DNA of 64,000 nucleotides, from contig NW_026780939.1 in assembly GCF_030144855.1 (NCBI RefSeq), forward strand, positions 1 to 64,000, written 5' to 3'. Positions within the stretch are counted from its first letter, which is position 1; each line of letters starts with the position of its first letter. Positions 35,820-48,725 of this stretch are shown here, piece by piece. The position numbers and the translations under genes were made by a program. The stretch comes from Hypanus sabinus (Eukaryota). The notes under the pieces are model-generated. The model had not been told where the DNA came from and made no database searches. It saw nothing but the letters and a program-made list of their open reading frames with translations.

Positions 35820-37940
35820 ATAATGATCTGGAAAAACAGGGTGTGATTAAGAATTGTCAGCATGGATTTCTGCGGGGAAGGTAATGTTTGACAAATCTTA
35901 TTGAATTATTGGAAGAGGTTATGAGAAAAGTTGACGAGGGTAAAGCGGTTAATGTTGTATATATGGACTTCTGTACGGACTTTGACAAGTTTCCGCACGG
36001 AAGATGCAATCGTTAGGTATTAATATTAAAGTAGTAAAATCGATTCAACGTGTCTATATGGGAGATGCCAGATAGTAGAGTTGTATAACTGTTTGTGAGG
36101 ATGGAGGCCGGTGACTAGTGGTGTGCCTCAGGGATCTGTACTGTTGTTTGACATATACATTAATGATCAGGATTCTGGGATGGTATATCGGATTAGTAAG
36201 AATGCAGATCATACTAAGGTTAAGTGGCGTTGTGGATAATCAAGTAGTTTTTCAAAACATGATAAGATATTTAGGCTAGATAGATGATTGGGCTGAACGA
36301 TGGCAAATTGAGTTTAATGCTGATAAGTGTGAGATGTTACATTTTTTTCGGAATAATCTAAATAGTACATCCATCGTAAGTGGCATGCATTGAAGAATGC
36401 AGGAAAACAAAATGGTCTAGGAGTAACGGTGCAGAGTTCCTCGAAGGTGGAATCTCGTGTGGATAGGGTGGTGAAGAATGGTCTTGGAATGCTGTCCTTT
36501 ATAAATCAGAACATTGAGTATAGGAGTTGGGATGTTATGTTAAAATTGTACAAGCCATTAGTAAGGCCGAATTTGGAGCATTGTGTACAGTTCTGGTCAC
36601 CGAGTTATAGGAAAGATGTCAACAAAATAGAGCGAGTACAGAGAAGATTTAGTAGCATTTTAACTGGGTTTCAGCACTTAAGTTACAGGGAATGGTTGAA
36701 CAAGTTAGGTTTTTATTCTTTGGAGCGTAGATATTGGTGGGTTGTTATGGATAGAGGCATTGAAAATCATGATGGGGATAGATAGAGTTGACGTGGGTAG
36801 GCTTTTTCCATTGAGTTAGGGGAGATTCAAACAAGAGCACATGAGTTGAGAGTTAAGGAGCAAAAGTTTAAGGGTAACACGAGTGGGAATTTCTTTACTC
36901 AGAGACCGGTAGCTGTGTGGAACGAGCTCCAAGTAGAAGTGGTAGAGGCTGGTTCGGTATTGTCAATTAAAGTAAAATTGGATAGGTATATGGACAGGAA
37001 AGGAAAGGAGGGTTATGGTGTGAGTGCGGGCCAGTTAAACCAGGTATGAGTAAGCGTTCGGCACAGACTATAAGGACCGAGATAGCCTGTTTCCGTGCTG
37101 TAGTTATTGTATGCTTACATGGCATTTCTTCAGCAAACTTTGCCTGAATGCATTTGATAAGCTGCTCAATGCAAGGCTTCAGAAAGTAGGGCGGAATGGG
37201 ATCCAAGTGGACATTGCATTGTGAATTCAGAACTGGCTTTCCCACGGAAGGGGAAGTGTGGTTGCAGACGGGTCATATTCTGAATGGAGGTTGGTGATCT
37301 TGGGATCACGGTGATCGGGTGTATAGGACACACGAAGCCACCACGCCGGTTGACACTATGGTTAAGTGGGCATACGTTGCATTATCTTTCATCAGTCGAG
37401 GGGTTGAGTTTCACATCGGAGAGGTAATGTTGCAGCTATATAGGGCCCTTTTGAGACCACACTTGCAGTACTGTGCTCAGTTCTGTTTGCCTCACTACAG
37501 GGAGGATGTGCAAACCGTAGAAAGGGTGCAGAGGATATTGACAAGGATGTGGCCTGGATTACTGAACATGCCTTATGACAATAGGTTGAGTGAACTCGGC
37601 CTATACTCCTTAGAGTGACAGGGGACGGAGAGGTGATATGATAGCGGTGTGCAAGATGAAGAGAGGAATTGATCATGTGGATGGCCACAGGCTTTTCTCC
37701 CCTCAGAGCGGACATGGCCAGTACAAGAGTTCACAGTCTTAACGTACTTGGAAGTAGTTACAGAGGAGACGTCAAGAGTAAGTTTTCTTAATTACTGCGA
37801 GAAATAGGATGAGTGCGTGAAATAAGATGCCGGCGACAGTGTTGGAGGGGGACACGATAGGTACTTTTAAGAAGCTCCAGGATAACTAGATGGAACTTAG
37901 AGAAATGGAGGGCTATGCCTGACCCTAGTTTATTTCTAAG
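35820..37940 (+). mobile_element. Two tandem CR1 3' fragments
   Basis: LVRPNLEHCVQFWSPSYRKDV and LLRPHLQYCAQF motifs, each followed by a CR1 3' UTR. Confidence 0.88.
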
Positions 37941-38233
37941 AGAAGGATATGATTGGAAGTGCATTGTGGAACAAACAACATCCATTGTGGTTCATGTTAT
38001 TTTTTTAAATTCCAGACAGCGATTGATATCACTGCTTAGCAGCAGAAGGCTTTATCTGAATTCGGCCATTAGTGGACCGAACCCTCTCCGCCATCCATAC
38101 AGAAGCTACCTCACCACCTCCACGATATCTCGGCCTTTCAATATTCGAGGGTTTCAATGAGATTCCCCATATTGTAATTTCGGAATGTTTCGATCCAAAT
38201 GTGTGTTAATGGTCTTTATCTCTCTCTGCACAG

Positions 38234-39156
38234 TGAACGTGGTGACAATCGTCATCCTGTCGCGGGGAAAGTGCGGTCTCACCAAAGGCGTCACAAGGTA
38301 CCTGGTTGCCATGGTAGCAGCGGATCAGCTCGTCGTTTTCTCAGATCTGGTATTGAGCAAGATTCCGGTGACTTACATGCCATGGGAGGTTTTCCTCTGG
38401 TCTTTGCGTGTTCCCGTGTGTAATATTCACGCCTGCATACTCTACGACGCCACGGACTGTTCTGTCTGGGTCACTGTCGCTTTCACCTTTGATCGATTTG
38501 TTGCCATTTGTTTTCAGAAGTTGAAAGGAAAATACTGCACCGGGAGAGGGGCGGCTCTGGTTCTGGGAACAGTGACTGTGCTGAGCTGCGTAAAGAACAT
38601 TTTCTGGTACTTTTTGCTCGAAGGGTCATATTCGATGATGACTTCGTCCGTGCCTTGTTTGAGTTGTTTTCGTTTTTCCCGATCTCAGTAGGCAACATTT
38701 CTGCTTATTAAATTCCTCCTCACCCCAATTTCCCCCCTTCTCTTGATTCTTCTGTTAAACACTTGAACCATCAGGCACGTCTTAGTGGCCAGCCGAGTCC
38801 GGAGGAGACTCCGTGGTTCGCGCGAAGGCGAGACGCCCGTCGACCCGGAGATGAAGAGACGAAGGCAATCCCTCCTGTTACTGCTGGTGTTGTCGGGGAA
38901 TTTCATTTTGCTGTGGGCGCTGCTGACAGTTTATTCCGTATGGGAGAGCGTGGATTTTTACATTAACGCTATTCCACCGAAAGCTCTGCTGGATTTGGGC
39001 TGAATGCTTCAGCTTCTGAGCTGCTGTACCAACACGGCGCTTTACGCCGTGGCACAGACCAGGTTCAGGCAGCAGATAAATGAGACGGTGAAATTTCTCT
39101 TCAATCCAGTGAAAAAGCTCACTCGGCGTTGTCAAGAGAGCACTAATCCTGAGTGA
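38234..39156 (+). pseudogene. GPR139-like: GPCR gene 1, exon 2 (7TM body, three premature stops)
   Basis: Acceptor ctgcacag|; NVVTIVILSRGKCGL...DRFVAIC...SCCTNTALY. In-frame TAG 38689, TGA 38764 and TGA 39001 where genes 2/3 have GAG, TTA and TAC; no frameshift; natural stop at 39154-39156. Confidence 0.9.
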
Positions 39157-39869
39157 CTGCCCAAAATATACCATTTAGTCCGTGGCATCTGCAGTTCCAT
39201 TGGGGCTGTGGAGAACCCTGAATAGCCCCTGCCCTCCAACCGTACATGCAGCAGCAGGATCAGGATGTGTCCCAGTTTGTTGCACTCTGCTCCTTCCAGT
39301 TTACTTTCTTCTCGGCTTCCCTGCAATGCCTCCCCCAGTCCCACCAAGTGGTAATTCTACCGTTGTTTATATGCGCAGCCTTGACATCAACATCGCAATC
39401 CGACTGTTGTCTCCTGCCGGTATTCCGTGCGGCCCGAATGGCTGCTCAGGTACGCCCGATGTAGTTCAATCTCTTCCTCCTGCAAGTGCGATTCGTTCCA
39501 AGAGCCCTTGTCTTCGAACCGTTCAGGAAAACGAGCTACCATGAATAAACTGCAAGTCTCCACTTGCAACGGAATTCTTTGGTGATGTTTCTGCCACCTC
39601 GAGAACAGCTTAATAACTCGCACTCTTAAAACGACTCTTCCAATAGTCCGTCCCTAGCAACAATCCCCATCGCAAAGCCTCTGTGAAATTCAGAAAATTC
39701 TTGGGCACTTTGTGCAGTGGTGGACCAAACTTTCGAAATGCTCTGTGTACATTGAGGACAGATAGGAGATTCTGTGGAGGATGATAAAGTTCATGCGAGC
39801 GATGCATGTAAACTGCACGGATTAAAGCCAGATCTAGCATATAAAGAGGCCTTGAGGAAAAAAGATACA

Positions 39870-42345
39870 GAATAAAGGGTGTAAAGCTAGTAATGTAGAA
39901 GAGCTAAAGTGAGTGTGTTTCGATGCAATAAACACCAGGAGCAAAGTTAATGAACTGATAACTTGGATACATACTTGGATTTATGATGTCAGCCAAGTTA
40001 CAGAGACTTGGCTGGCACCAGGGCATGAATGGATTTTCAATATTCTTGGATTTCAATTGGTTGAAAGGAGACAGAGAGGGTGGGAATAGAGGAGGAAAGG
40101 TGGCATTACTGGTCAGGGATAATATTACAGCTACAGAAACGGTAGGTAACGCAGCCGAATCCACTTTTGAGTCAGTATCGGTAGAAGTCAGGAACAGGAA
40201 GGGAGCAGTTACTCAATTGGGAGTATTCTATAGGCCCCCTGGTAGCAGCAGAGCTACCGAGGAGCGGATTGGGAGGCAGATTTTGGAAAAGGTGCAAAAA
40301 CATCAAGTTTGTTAACATGGGTGACTTTAACTTCCCTACTATTCATTGGCTGCTGATTAATTCCTGTGGTTTAGAAGGGGCGGATTTTCTCAAGGGTGTC
40401 CAGGACGGATTCCTGTCACAGTATGTTGGACAGGCCGACTAGGAGATCGAGTATTCAGAAACGAACCGGGTCAGGTCACAGATTTCTCAGTGGGTAACCA
40501 CCTGAGGGACAGTGACCACCGCTCCCAAGTCTTTAAAATTTTAAGGGAAACTGATAGAATCAGAAAAGTCTGGAAAATGTTTAGTTGGGGAAACGCAAGT
40601 TATGAGGCTATAAGGCTAGAACTTGCGGGTGTGAATCGGGATGATGTTTTTGAAGGGAAATGTACTGTTGGCATGTGGTCGATGTTTACGTATCTCTTGC
40701 AGGATGTTATGGTTACATTTGTCCCGGTGAGGAAGATAGTACACGGTAGGGTGAAGGAACCATGCGTGACAAGTGAGGTGGAGAATCTTGTCAGATGGAA
40801 CAAGGCAGGATACATTGGTTTAGGAAGCAAGGATCAGATGCGTCTATTGAGGAATATAGGGTAGCAGGAAAGAAGCTTATGAAGGGGCAGAGGATAGCAA
40901 GAAGGTGGCATGACTAGGCCTTGGGGAGAAGGATAAAGGAAAACCCCAGGCATTCTTAAGTTATGTGAAGAACAAAAGGTTGACAGGAGTGAAGGTAGAA
41001 CCGATTAGAGATAAAGGTGGGAAGACATGCCCAGAGGTTGTGGAACAGAGAGAGGTCCTCAATGAATACTTCTTTCTGTTATTCACCACTGAGGGGGAAC
41101 CATGACGGTGAGGACGTTATGACGGTGGTTGATGTTCTGGAGCATGTTGTTATTAACGGAGAAGAGTTGTTGGAGTTGTTGAAATGCATTAGGACGGATA
41201 AGTCAGCGGGTCCTGGCGGAATATTCCCCAGGCTGCTCCACGAGGCGAGGAAAGTGATTGCTGAAGCTCTGGCTAGGATTCCTATGTCCTCGTTGTGCAC
41301 GGGAATGTTACCGGATGATTGGGGGGAGGCAAATGTTTTCCCCTTCTTCAAAGAAAGGTAGTAGGGATAATCCAGGTAATTACAGACCAGTGAGCCTTAC
41401 GTCTGTGGCGGGAAAGCTGTTGAAAAAAAATTCTTAGAGATAGAAGCTATGGGCATTTAGAGAATCATGGTCTGATCAAGGACAGTCGGCATGGTTTGTA
41501 AAGGGCAGGTCGTGTCTAACAAGCCTGATAGGGTTATTTGAAGAAGTGACCAGGCATATAGATGAGACTAGGGCAGGGATGTGATCTACATGGAGTTTAG
41601 TAAGGCATTTGACAAGGTACTACACGGTTGGCTCATTCAGAAATTCAGCATGCATGTTATCCAGGGAAGTCTGGCAGGTTGGATTCAGAATTGGCTTGCC
41701 TGCAGAAAGCAGAGGGTCGTGGTGGATGGAGTACATTCAGATTGGAGAGTTGTAATTAGTGTTATCCCAGAAGGATAGGTTCTGGGACCTCCAACTTTCG
41801 TGATTTTTATTAGCGAACTGGATGTGGGGGTAGAAGTGTGGGTTGGCAAATCTGCCAACGATCAAAGGTTGGGATGGATGTGGAAGCATTAAGGGGTACA
41901 GAAGAGGCTGCCTGGTTTAGAGAGTATGCATTATGATCAGAGATTAAAGGGGCTAGGGCATTACTCTCTGGAGAGAAGGAATATGAGAGGTGACATGATA
42001 GAGGTATAGAAGATATTAGTAAGAATAGATAGAGAGGACAGCCAGCGCCTCTTCCCCAGGGCACCACTGCTCAGAACAAGAGGACATGGCTTTACGGAGG
42101 AGGAGGGACGTTCAAGCGGGATATGAGAGGATGTTTGTTTTTACTCAGAGAGTGATTGGTGCGTGAAATGCACTGACTGAGTCAGTGGTGGAGGCAGATT
42201 CACCAGTGAAATTTAAGAGACTACTAGACAGGTATGTGGAGGAATTTAAGGTGGAGGGTTATATGGGAGGCAGGGTTTAAAGGTTGGCACAACATTGTGG
42301 GTCGGATGGTCTGCACAGTGCTGTATTGTTCTTTGTTCATAATGT
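39870..42345 (+). mobile_element. CR1 LINE (endonuclease to 3' end, degenerate)
   Basis: LGVFYRPPGS, DSDH, DKSAGPGGIFPRLL, FSKAFDKVLH. Confidence 0.9.
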
Positions 42346-43131
42346 GGGGAGCGTGATTGCAGAGGGAAGGGTACATGATGTTTATTTATTTATTTATTGA
42401 TTCCCTCGTAGCTTGGCCTTTGTCCTTCTCCGGTCGATTATCCGCAGTTCTACTCATTTCCAGCCGCGCCGCTCTCTGTAAAATTTGACCGCCTGGATGT
42501 CCTCGGCGTTCTCCTGATTCCTCCCAAAGACCAAGCACCACAGTGTTGATAAGCTCATTGGTCATTGCAAATTGTCCCTTTAGTAGGGTAGCTCGGACCC
42601 TGAAACATTGCGCCTGCCGTCGGGATTAGACTGGAAGTAAAATTTTCCAGAGGACCGGTTCAGGTAGGCTGAGACATGAGACCAAGTTGTATTGTATAGC
42701 ATGGCTTCAAACAGAGTACAGAGGGCAGTGGTGGAGGGCAACCATTCTGCATGGGACATTTGTTGGGAGTGTGCTGGCGTTTGACTTGGATGAAAATAGG
42801 AGTGACTCATAAAAGCTCTTGCAGGGGACAGAAACGTGATAGAGTTGTCGGTGTTGAGGGACACTGGTAAAAGTCCACTTGGAAGTGCGGCCGAGGAAGT
42901 GATGACTGTGTCATACTAATAAGACAGTTCGGTCACGAATGATAAAGAAGTACGATCATAGGACACATTTTTATGACGATGTAGAAACCGGAGAGAACAA
43001 AACACGGTTTATGCTGAGGTATTAGAAGAATATTCAGCTTGATCGAAACACCTGTTCGTGGACAGGTAATTCAGTAATTCTGCAGTTTGATTCACTGAAC
43101 TGCAGAAATAAAAGCGTAGATTTCTATGCCG

Positions 43132-43145
43132 CCAGGAGGTGGCAG
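43132..43145 (+). promoter_or_regulatory. CTCF-type motif, paralogue of 29905
   Basis: CCAGGAGGTGGCAG: 13/14 match; flanks align with 29860-30110. Confidence 0.68.
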
Positions 43146-43544
43146 ATTGTGACGCAGAGATTTTATGTAGTTACCCAGGAATCGTATTTTAATCACAACG
43201 CATAAAGAACAGTGCATACTTAATCTCCGACAGTGAGTCCTTCCCGGGGTTTGTGATATATATACCTGACTCGGATGTCTGCAAACGGGCAGCTTAATAA
43301 TCCGGCTGTTGACACAAAAGCAAACATTTATTTACAAAATGCCGGGCAATTTTCATGCGGTAGATTCAAGTTGCCCCTAAAGTTTAAGACGTTCACACAG
43401 GGAGTAATGGGTACATGGGATGCACTCCCTGGAGTGGTGGTAGATGCACAGGTATAAGTGGCAATTAAAAGAAGCCGAGACAGACTTGTGCTGATAAGGA
43501 AAATGGAAGGATATACTTATTTTACAAGCAGAAAGAACAGTTAG

Positions 43545-46400
43545 GCATTATAGAAACTTAGAAAATCTACAAGACAATACAGGAACTTCGGACCAAAATG
43601 CTGCGCCGAGCACCTACTTCCATTATAATTACCTGGTGTCACCGATTGGCCTCTATTTTCTTCAGCTCCAGGAGCCAATCCAGGAGTCTCTTAAAATACC
43701 TTATCGTATCCGCCTTCACCAGCTTCACAGGCTGCCCATTCCACACACTCACCAATCTCCACGTGAAAAACGTAACCTGACATATCCTCTGTACCTGCTT
43801 CCAGCAGCTTAAAGCTGTGTCCTCTCGCAATAGCCATTTCAATCGTGGGATAAAGCCCCTGACTATCCAAATGATCAATGCCTCGCTTCATCTATCCTCC
43901 GTCGCTCCAAGGAGGAAAGACCTGCTCTCGTAAGGCACGCTCCCCAATCCAGGCAGCATAGTTGTAAATCTGCTCTGAACCCGTTCTATGGTTTCCACAT
44001 CCTTCCTATAGTAGGACGAACAGAACTGTGCAGAGTACTCCGAGTGCGGTCTGACTAGGATCCTCTATAGCTGCAACTTTACGTCTTGGCTCTTAAACAC
44101 AATCGACCTCAACACTGCCAAGAGTCTTATAATTGTTACATATTCTGCCTTAATATTTGACCTACCAAAAAGAACCCTTCACACTTATCTTGGTTGAACT
44201 GGATCTTTTCTAGACAGTTTTGCATGCTCTCAATATCCCACTGTAATCTCTGATACTCAATATCCACAACAACTCAAACCACTATGTCATCATCAAATTT
44301 ACCGACCCATCGCTCCACACTCTTATCCAGGTCAGTTATAAAAATTACAAAGAGTAAGAGTCCCAGAACAGAACACTGAGGCACACAACTGGTTATCAGC
44401 CTGCAAGCAGAATATGGCCCGCTACAAACTCTCTCTGCCTTCTGTGGGCAAGCCAGTTCTGCATCCACAAAGTAATGTGTTCCCTTGGATTTCATCATTC
44501 CTAACTTTCTCAATGAGCCTTGCATAATGTACCTTATTAAATGCCTTGCTGAAATCCATCTGCACTGCATCTGCTGCACTTCCTTCATCTATACGTTTAG
44601 TCACATCTTCAAAAATTCAATCAGGCACGTGAGACACGTCCTGCCCTTGACTGTTCCCAATTTTAGCTTTAAATTTCCATATTTACAGCCTCACAAGTCC
44701 TCTTACTCCAATTAAATGATTTTCTAACTTGTCTGTTCCTATGTCCCTCCAAAGCTATTATAAAAGAGGTAGAATTATGATCACTATCCACAACATGCTC
44801 TCCCACTGATATATCAGACACCAAACCAGGTTCATTTGTCAATACCAAATCCAGTACAGTCTCCCCTCTTGTAGGCTTATCTACATATTTTATTAAAAAC
44901 ATGCTACACCTGACCATCTCCATCCTAACAAATCCCTTGCTCACGGGAGAAGGCAATCGATATTTGGGAAATTAAAGTTCCCCGTCACGACAGCTCTGCT
45001 ATGATTACCCCTTTCCTGGATTTCTTTCCCTATCTCCGCCTTGATATCCCTGTTACTATTGGGCGGTCTTTAAAAGTAGCCAGTGCAGTTATTGACCCAA
45101 TCTGTTCCTACCCTCCACTCACAGAGACTCCGCAGACAATTCCACCATGACCTCCACCTTTTCTGCAGCCGTGATACTCTCTTTGATCAACAGTTCCATG
45201 CCCCCTCCTCTTTTGCCCCTCCCCCTGTCCCTGAGCCATCCAAGTCCCTGTAATGGTCAGCACATCATTGCTCCATACTGATCCACGCTCTAAGTTCATC
45301 CGCTTTGTTCACAATACTCCTTGCGTTAAAGTGGACACATCTGAAACCGTTGGACTGAGAGCGTCCCTTCTCTATTACCTGGTTATCCTCCCCGTCGGAC
45401 TGTCGACAGGCTTTCTCCATTTGTGAGCAAACCTCTGCTTCTACAGTCTCTTCAGTTCAGTTCTAACCCGCCAAGAATTCCAGTTGAAATTCTTTCCGGC
45501 AGCCTCAGCAAAACGCCCAATGTGGAATTTGTCCCCCTGGGTTCCAGTGCAAACCGTCCTTTTTGTACAGGTTACACCTGTCCCAGGAGAAGTCCCAAAG
45601 ATACAGAAATATGTATCCTTTGTCTCCTGTTCCAATCCCTCAGCCACGAATTCAGTCTCCATCTCATTCTATTCCTATACTCATTGCCGCGTGGTACAGC
45701 TAGTAATCCCGAGATTGCAACCTTTGCCGTCCTGCTTCTCGACTTCCTTCCTTTGATCCCTGCAGTCTTTTTTCACGACCACTTCCCTTTTCCTAACGAA
45801 GTTACTGGGATCAATATGTACCTCGAACTCTGGTTGTTCTCCGTCTCACTGCAGGATATCTTGGACACGATCTGAATCATCCTGAAGTCTGGCAACTGAA
45901 GGGCAAAGTACCATCCAAGTTTATTTCTTACGTCCACAGAACCTGGCTAAACCGCTAACTTTAGAGCCACCTATCACTGATGCCTTTCTCTTCCCTTCTC
46001 CTAAAATTCTGAGCCACAGGCCGGTCTCTATGCCACAGACACGGCAACAGCCGCTTCCCCCAGGTAGGCTGCACCCCCTCGCCTCCCAACACTACTCAAG
46101 CTTGAGTACTTATTGACAAGAGGTACCACAATAGGGGTACTCTCCAGAACCTGACTACTTAGCTTCACTCTCCTGGCCAAGACCCACTTGTCTGTCTCCG
46201 GTAGCCATGATGAGACCAGCTGTCTATAACTCCTTTCTATCGCCTCAGGGCTTTCCCTGAACATGCGAATGTAATCGAGCTGCACCTCGGCACACCGGGT
46301 CGCGATATGGCCGTCCGGGATGCTGGGAGACTCTAGGGCATGCTACATCTGACACCGGGCACGTAAAACCGGCCTCACACACATATTTCCTTACCGCAAT
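43545..46400 (-). mobile_element. Internally deleted near-full-length CR1
   Basis: ORF1 N-terminus (about 46350), esterase, endonuclease (VDSDHNS), RT (DFSKAFNKVH) and 3' end in order. Confidence 0.82.
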
Positions 46401-47544
46401 TAACACAGGCAAACCTGCTCACCGTTGAAGACTGTCTGATTGTAGGATGTGGCGGCCATCACTGACTCGTCGCTGAAGTTTGGTCGCATTTCGCATCTGA
46501 ATGTCCAAGACTACACGTTATATCGGAGGAAATGGAGTGTCTTTAGATTGGCATTGCTCTGCAGGTAAAGAATGGCATCATTCTCTAAGAAAAAAAAAGT
46601 CTTAAACTGTGAGAATTATCGTGGGTGGTGTTAAGAATCTGCAAGTGTAAAAAGATTGGATGAATGTTCAGGCCTCCTAACAGTAGCAGGAATTCAGTCC
46701 ACATATTTCAACGCGAACGATGTGTGCATGAACGTCGATGTTAGGGTAGTCACGGGAATATTCTACATCCAGCTCGATTGCTTTGGTTTGTTTTTGCAGT
46801 TTGTCCTTCAGACGACTTGGGGATCAGATATACTGGATTGGGTGTTATGAAATGATTCGGAAATGATTAGGGTGCTTAAGTTATACGAAACTTTAGGAGG
46901 CAGTGTTCACAATATAGTTGATTTCAATTTGAAATATGATACGGAAAATTGAAATCTGCCGCAGCTATATTTCAGTGGAATAAAGAAAATTAAAATGGTA
47001 TGAGAAAAGACTTGGCCAAATAAAACTTGGATGTGTCGCTGTCAGGATTGTCTGCAGGACAGAAATGCGGAGGGTTTCTGGTGAAAACAGAAGAACATGC
47101 AGGATACATGCATTCTAAAAATAAATAAATACTCAAATGACAAATTACTATAATCCTGGCAAACGTAAAATCAAACGAGAAGGCATATAAGAAAGCAAAA
47201 AACTAGTGGGAAAGCACAGCTTTTATAAACCAACAGAGAGTAACTAACAGGATCATTATAAGTGAAAAGATGAAATATGAAATGAAGCTAGTAAACAGTA
47301 TAAGGTGAGTTCTGAAATCATTTTCATGTACAGAAGAATCAAGGAGAAATGAGAGTGGATATAGGACGGCTAGGAAATAAGGCAGGAAAAATAATAATGG
47401 TGGGAAATAAGATAGTAGATGAACTAACTGAGAATTTGACTTAATCGTCACTGTGGAAGACAATAGCAGTGTGCCTGACGTTGCTGTGTATGAAGGAACA
47501 ACAGTGTTCTTACAGGAGAGAAGGTACTCCAAACGCTCAAAGAC

Positions 47545-48725
47545 TGAAGGGTACATAGAAACATAGAAAATAGGTGCAGGAGTAGGCCATTCGGCTATTC
47601 GAGCCTGCACCGCCTTTCAGTATGATCATGGCTGAACATCCAACTCAGAACCCTGTACCTGCTTTCTCTCCATACGCCCTGATCCCTTCAGCCACAAGGG
47701 CCCTATCTAACATCCTCTTAAATATAGCCAATGAACCGGCCTCGACTGTTTACAGTGGCAGAAATTCCACTGATTCACCACTCTCTGTGTGAGGGAGTTT
47801 TCCTCATCTCGGTCCTAAAAGGTTTCCCCTTTATCCTTAAACTATGACCTCTCTTTCTGGACTTCCCCAACATCGGAAACAATCTTCCTGCATCTAGCCT
47901 GTCCAATCCCTTTAGAATTGTATACGCTTCAATAGGATCCCCTCTCTATCTTCTAAATTCCAGTGAATATAAGCCCAGTCAATCCAGTCTTTCTTCATAT
48001 GAAAGTCCTGCCATCCCAGGATTCAATCTGGTGAACCTTCTCTGTACTCCCTCTATGGCATAAAATGTCTTTCCTCAGATTAGGGGTCAAGAACTGAACT
48101 GAATACTGTAGGTGCGGTTCACCAAGGCCTTGAAGAACTGCAGTAGAACCTTCCTGCTCCTTTACTCAGATCCTTTTGCTATGAATGCCAATATACCATT
48201 TGCCTTTTTCACCGCCTGCTGTACCTGCATGTCCACCTTAAATGACTGGTGTGCAATGATACTCAGGTCTCGTTGCATCAACCCTTTTTCTAATCGGCCA
48301 CCATTCAGGTAATAATATGTTTTCCTGTTCTTGCAACCAAAGTGGATAACCTCACATTTATCCACCTTAAATTGCATCTGTCATGAATTTTCCCACTCAC
48401 CTACCCTATCCACGTCATCCTGCAACCTCTTAGCATCCTCCTCACAGCTGACACCGTCGCCGAGCTTCGTGTCATCCGCAAACTTGGAGATGCTGCATTT
48501 AATTCCCTCCTCTAAAAAACATTAATATATATTGTATACAACTGGGGTGCAGGACTGAGCCTTGCGGTACCCAACTAGTCACTGCCTGCCATTCTGAAAA
48601 GGTCCCGTTTACTCTCACTCTTTGCTTCCTGCCTGCCAACCAATTCTCTATCCACAACAATACCATACCCGGAGTACCGTGTGCATTAAGCTTGCACACG
48701 AATCTCCTCTGTGGAATCTTGTCGA
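47545..48725 (-). mobile_element. CR1 RT-to-3' fragment truncated at the duplication junction
   Basis: QFKVDKCEVIHFG, FADDTKLG; 3' tail ctatgtttctatg at about 47550. Confidence 0.9.

Noticed and set aside
38764-39003. Selenocysteine read-through of the two in-frame TGA codons
   Set aside because: An upstream TAG (38689) also interrupts the frame, the paralogues have Leu and Tyr at these sites, and no SECIS was recognised.
40226-40239. Further CTCF-like motif inside a CR1
   Set aside because: Three mismatches to the core consensus and no paralogous conservation.
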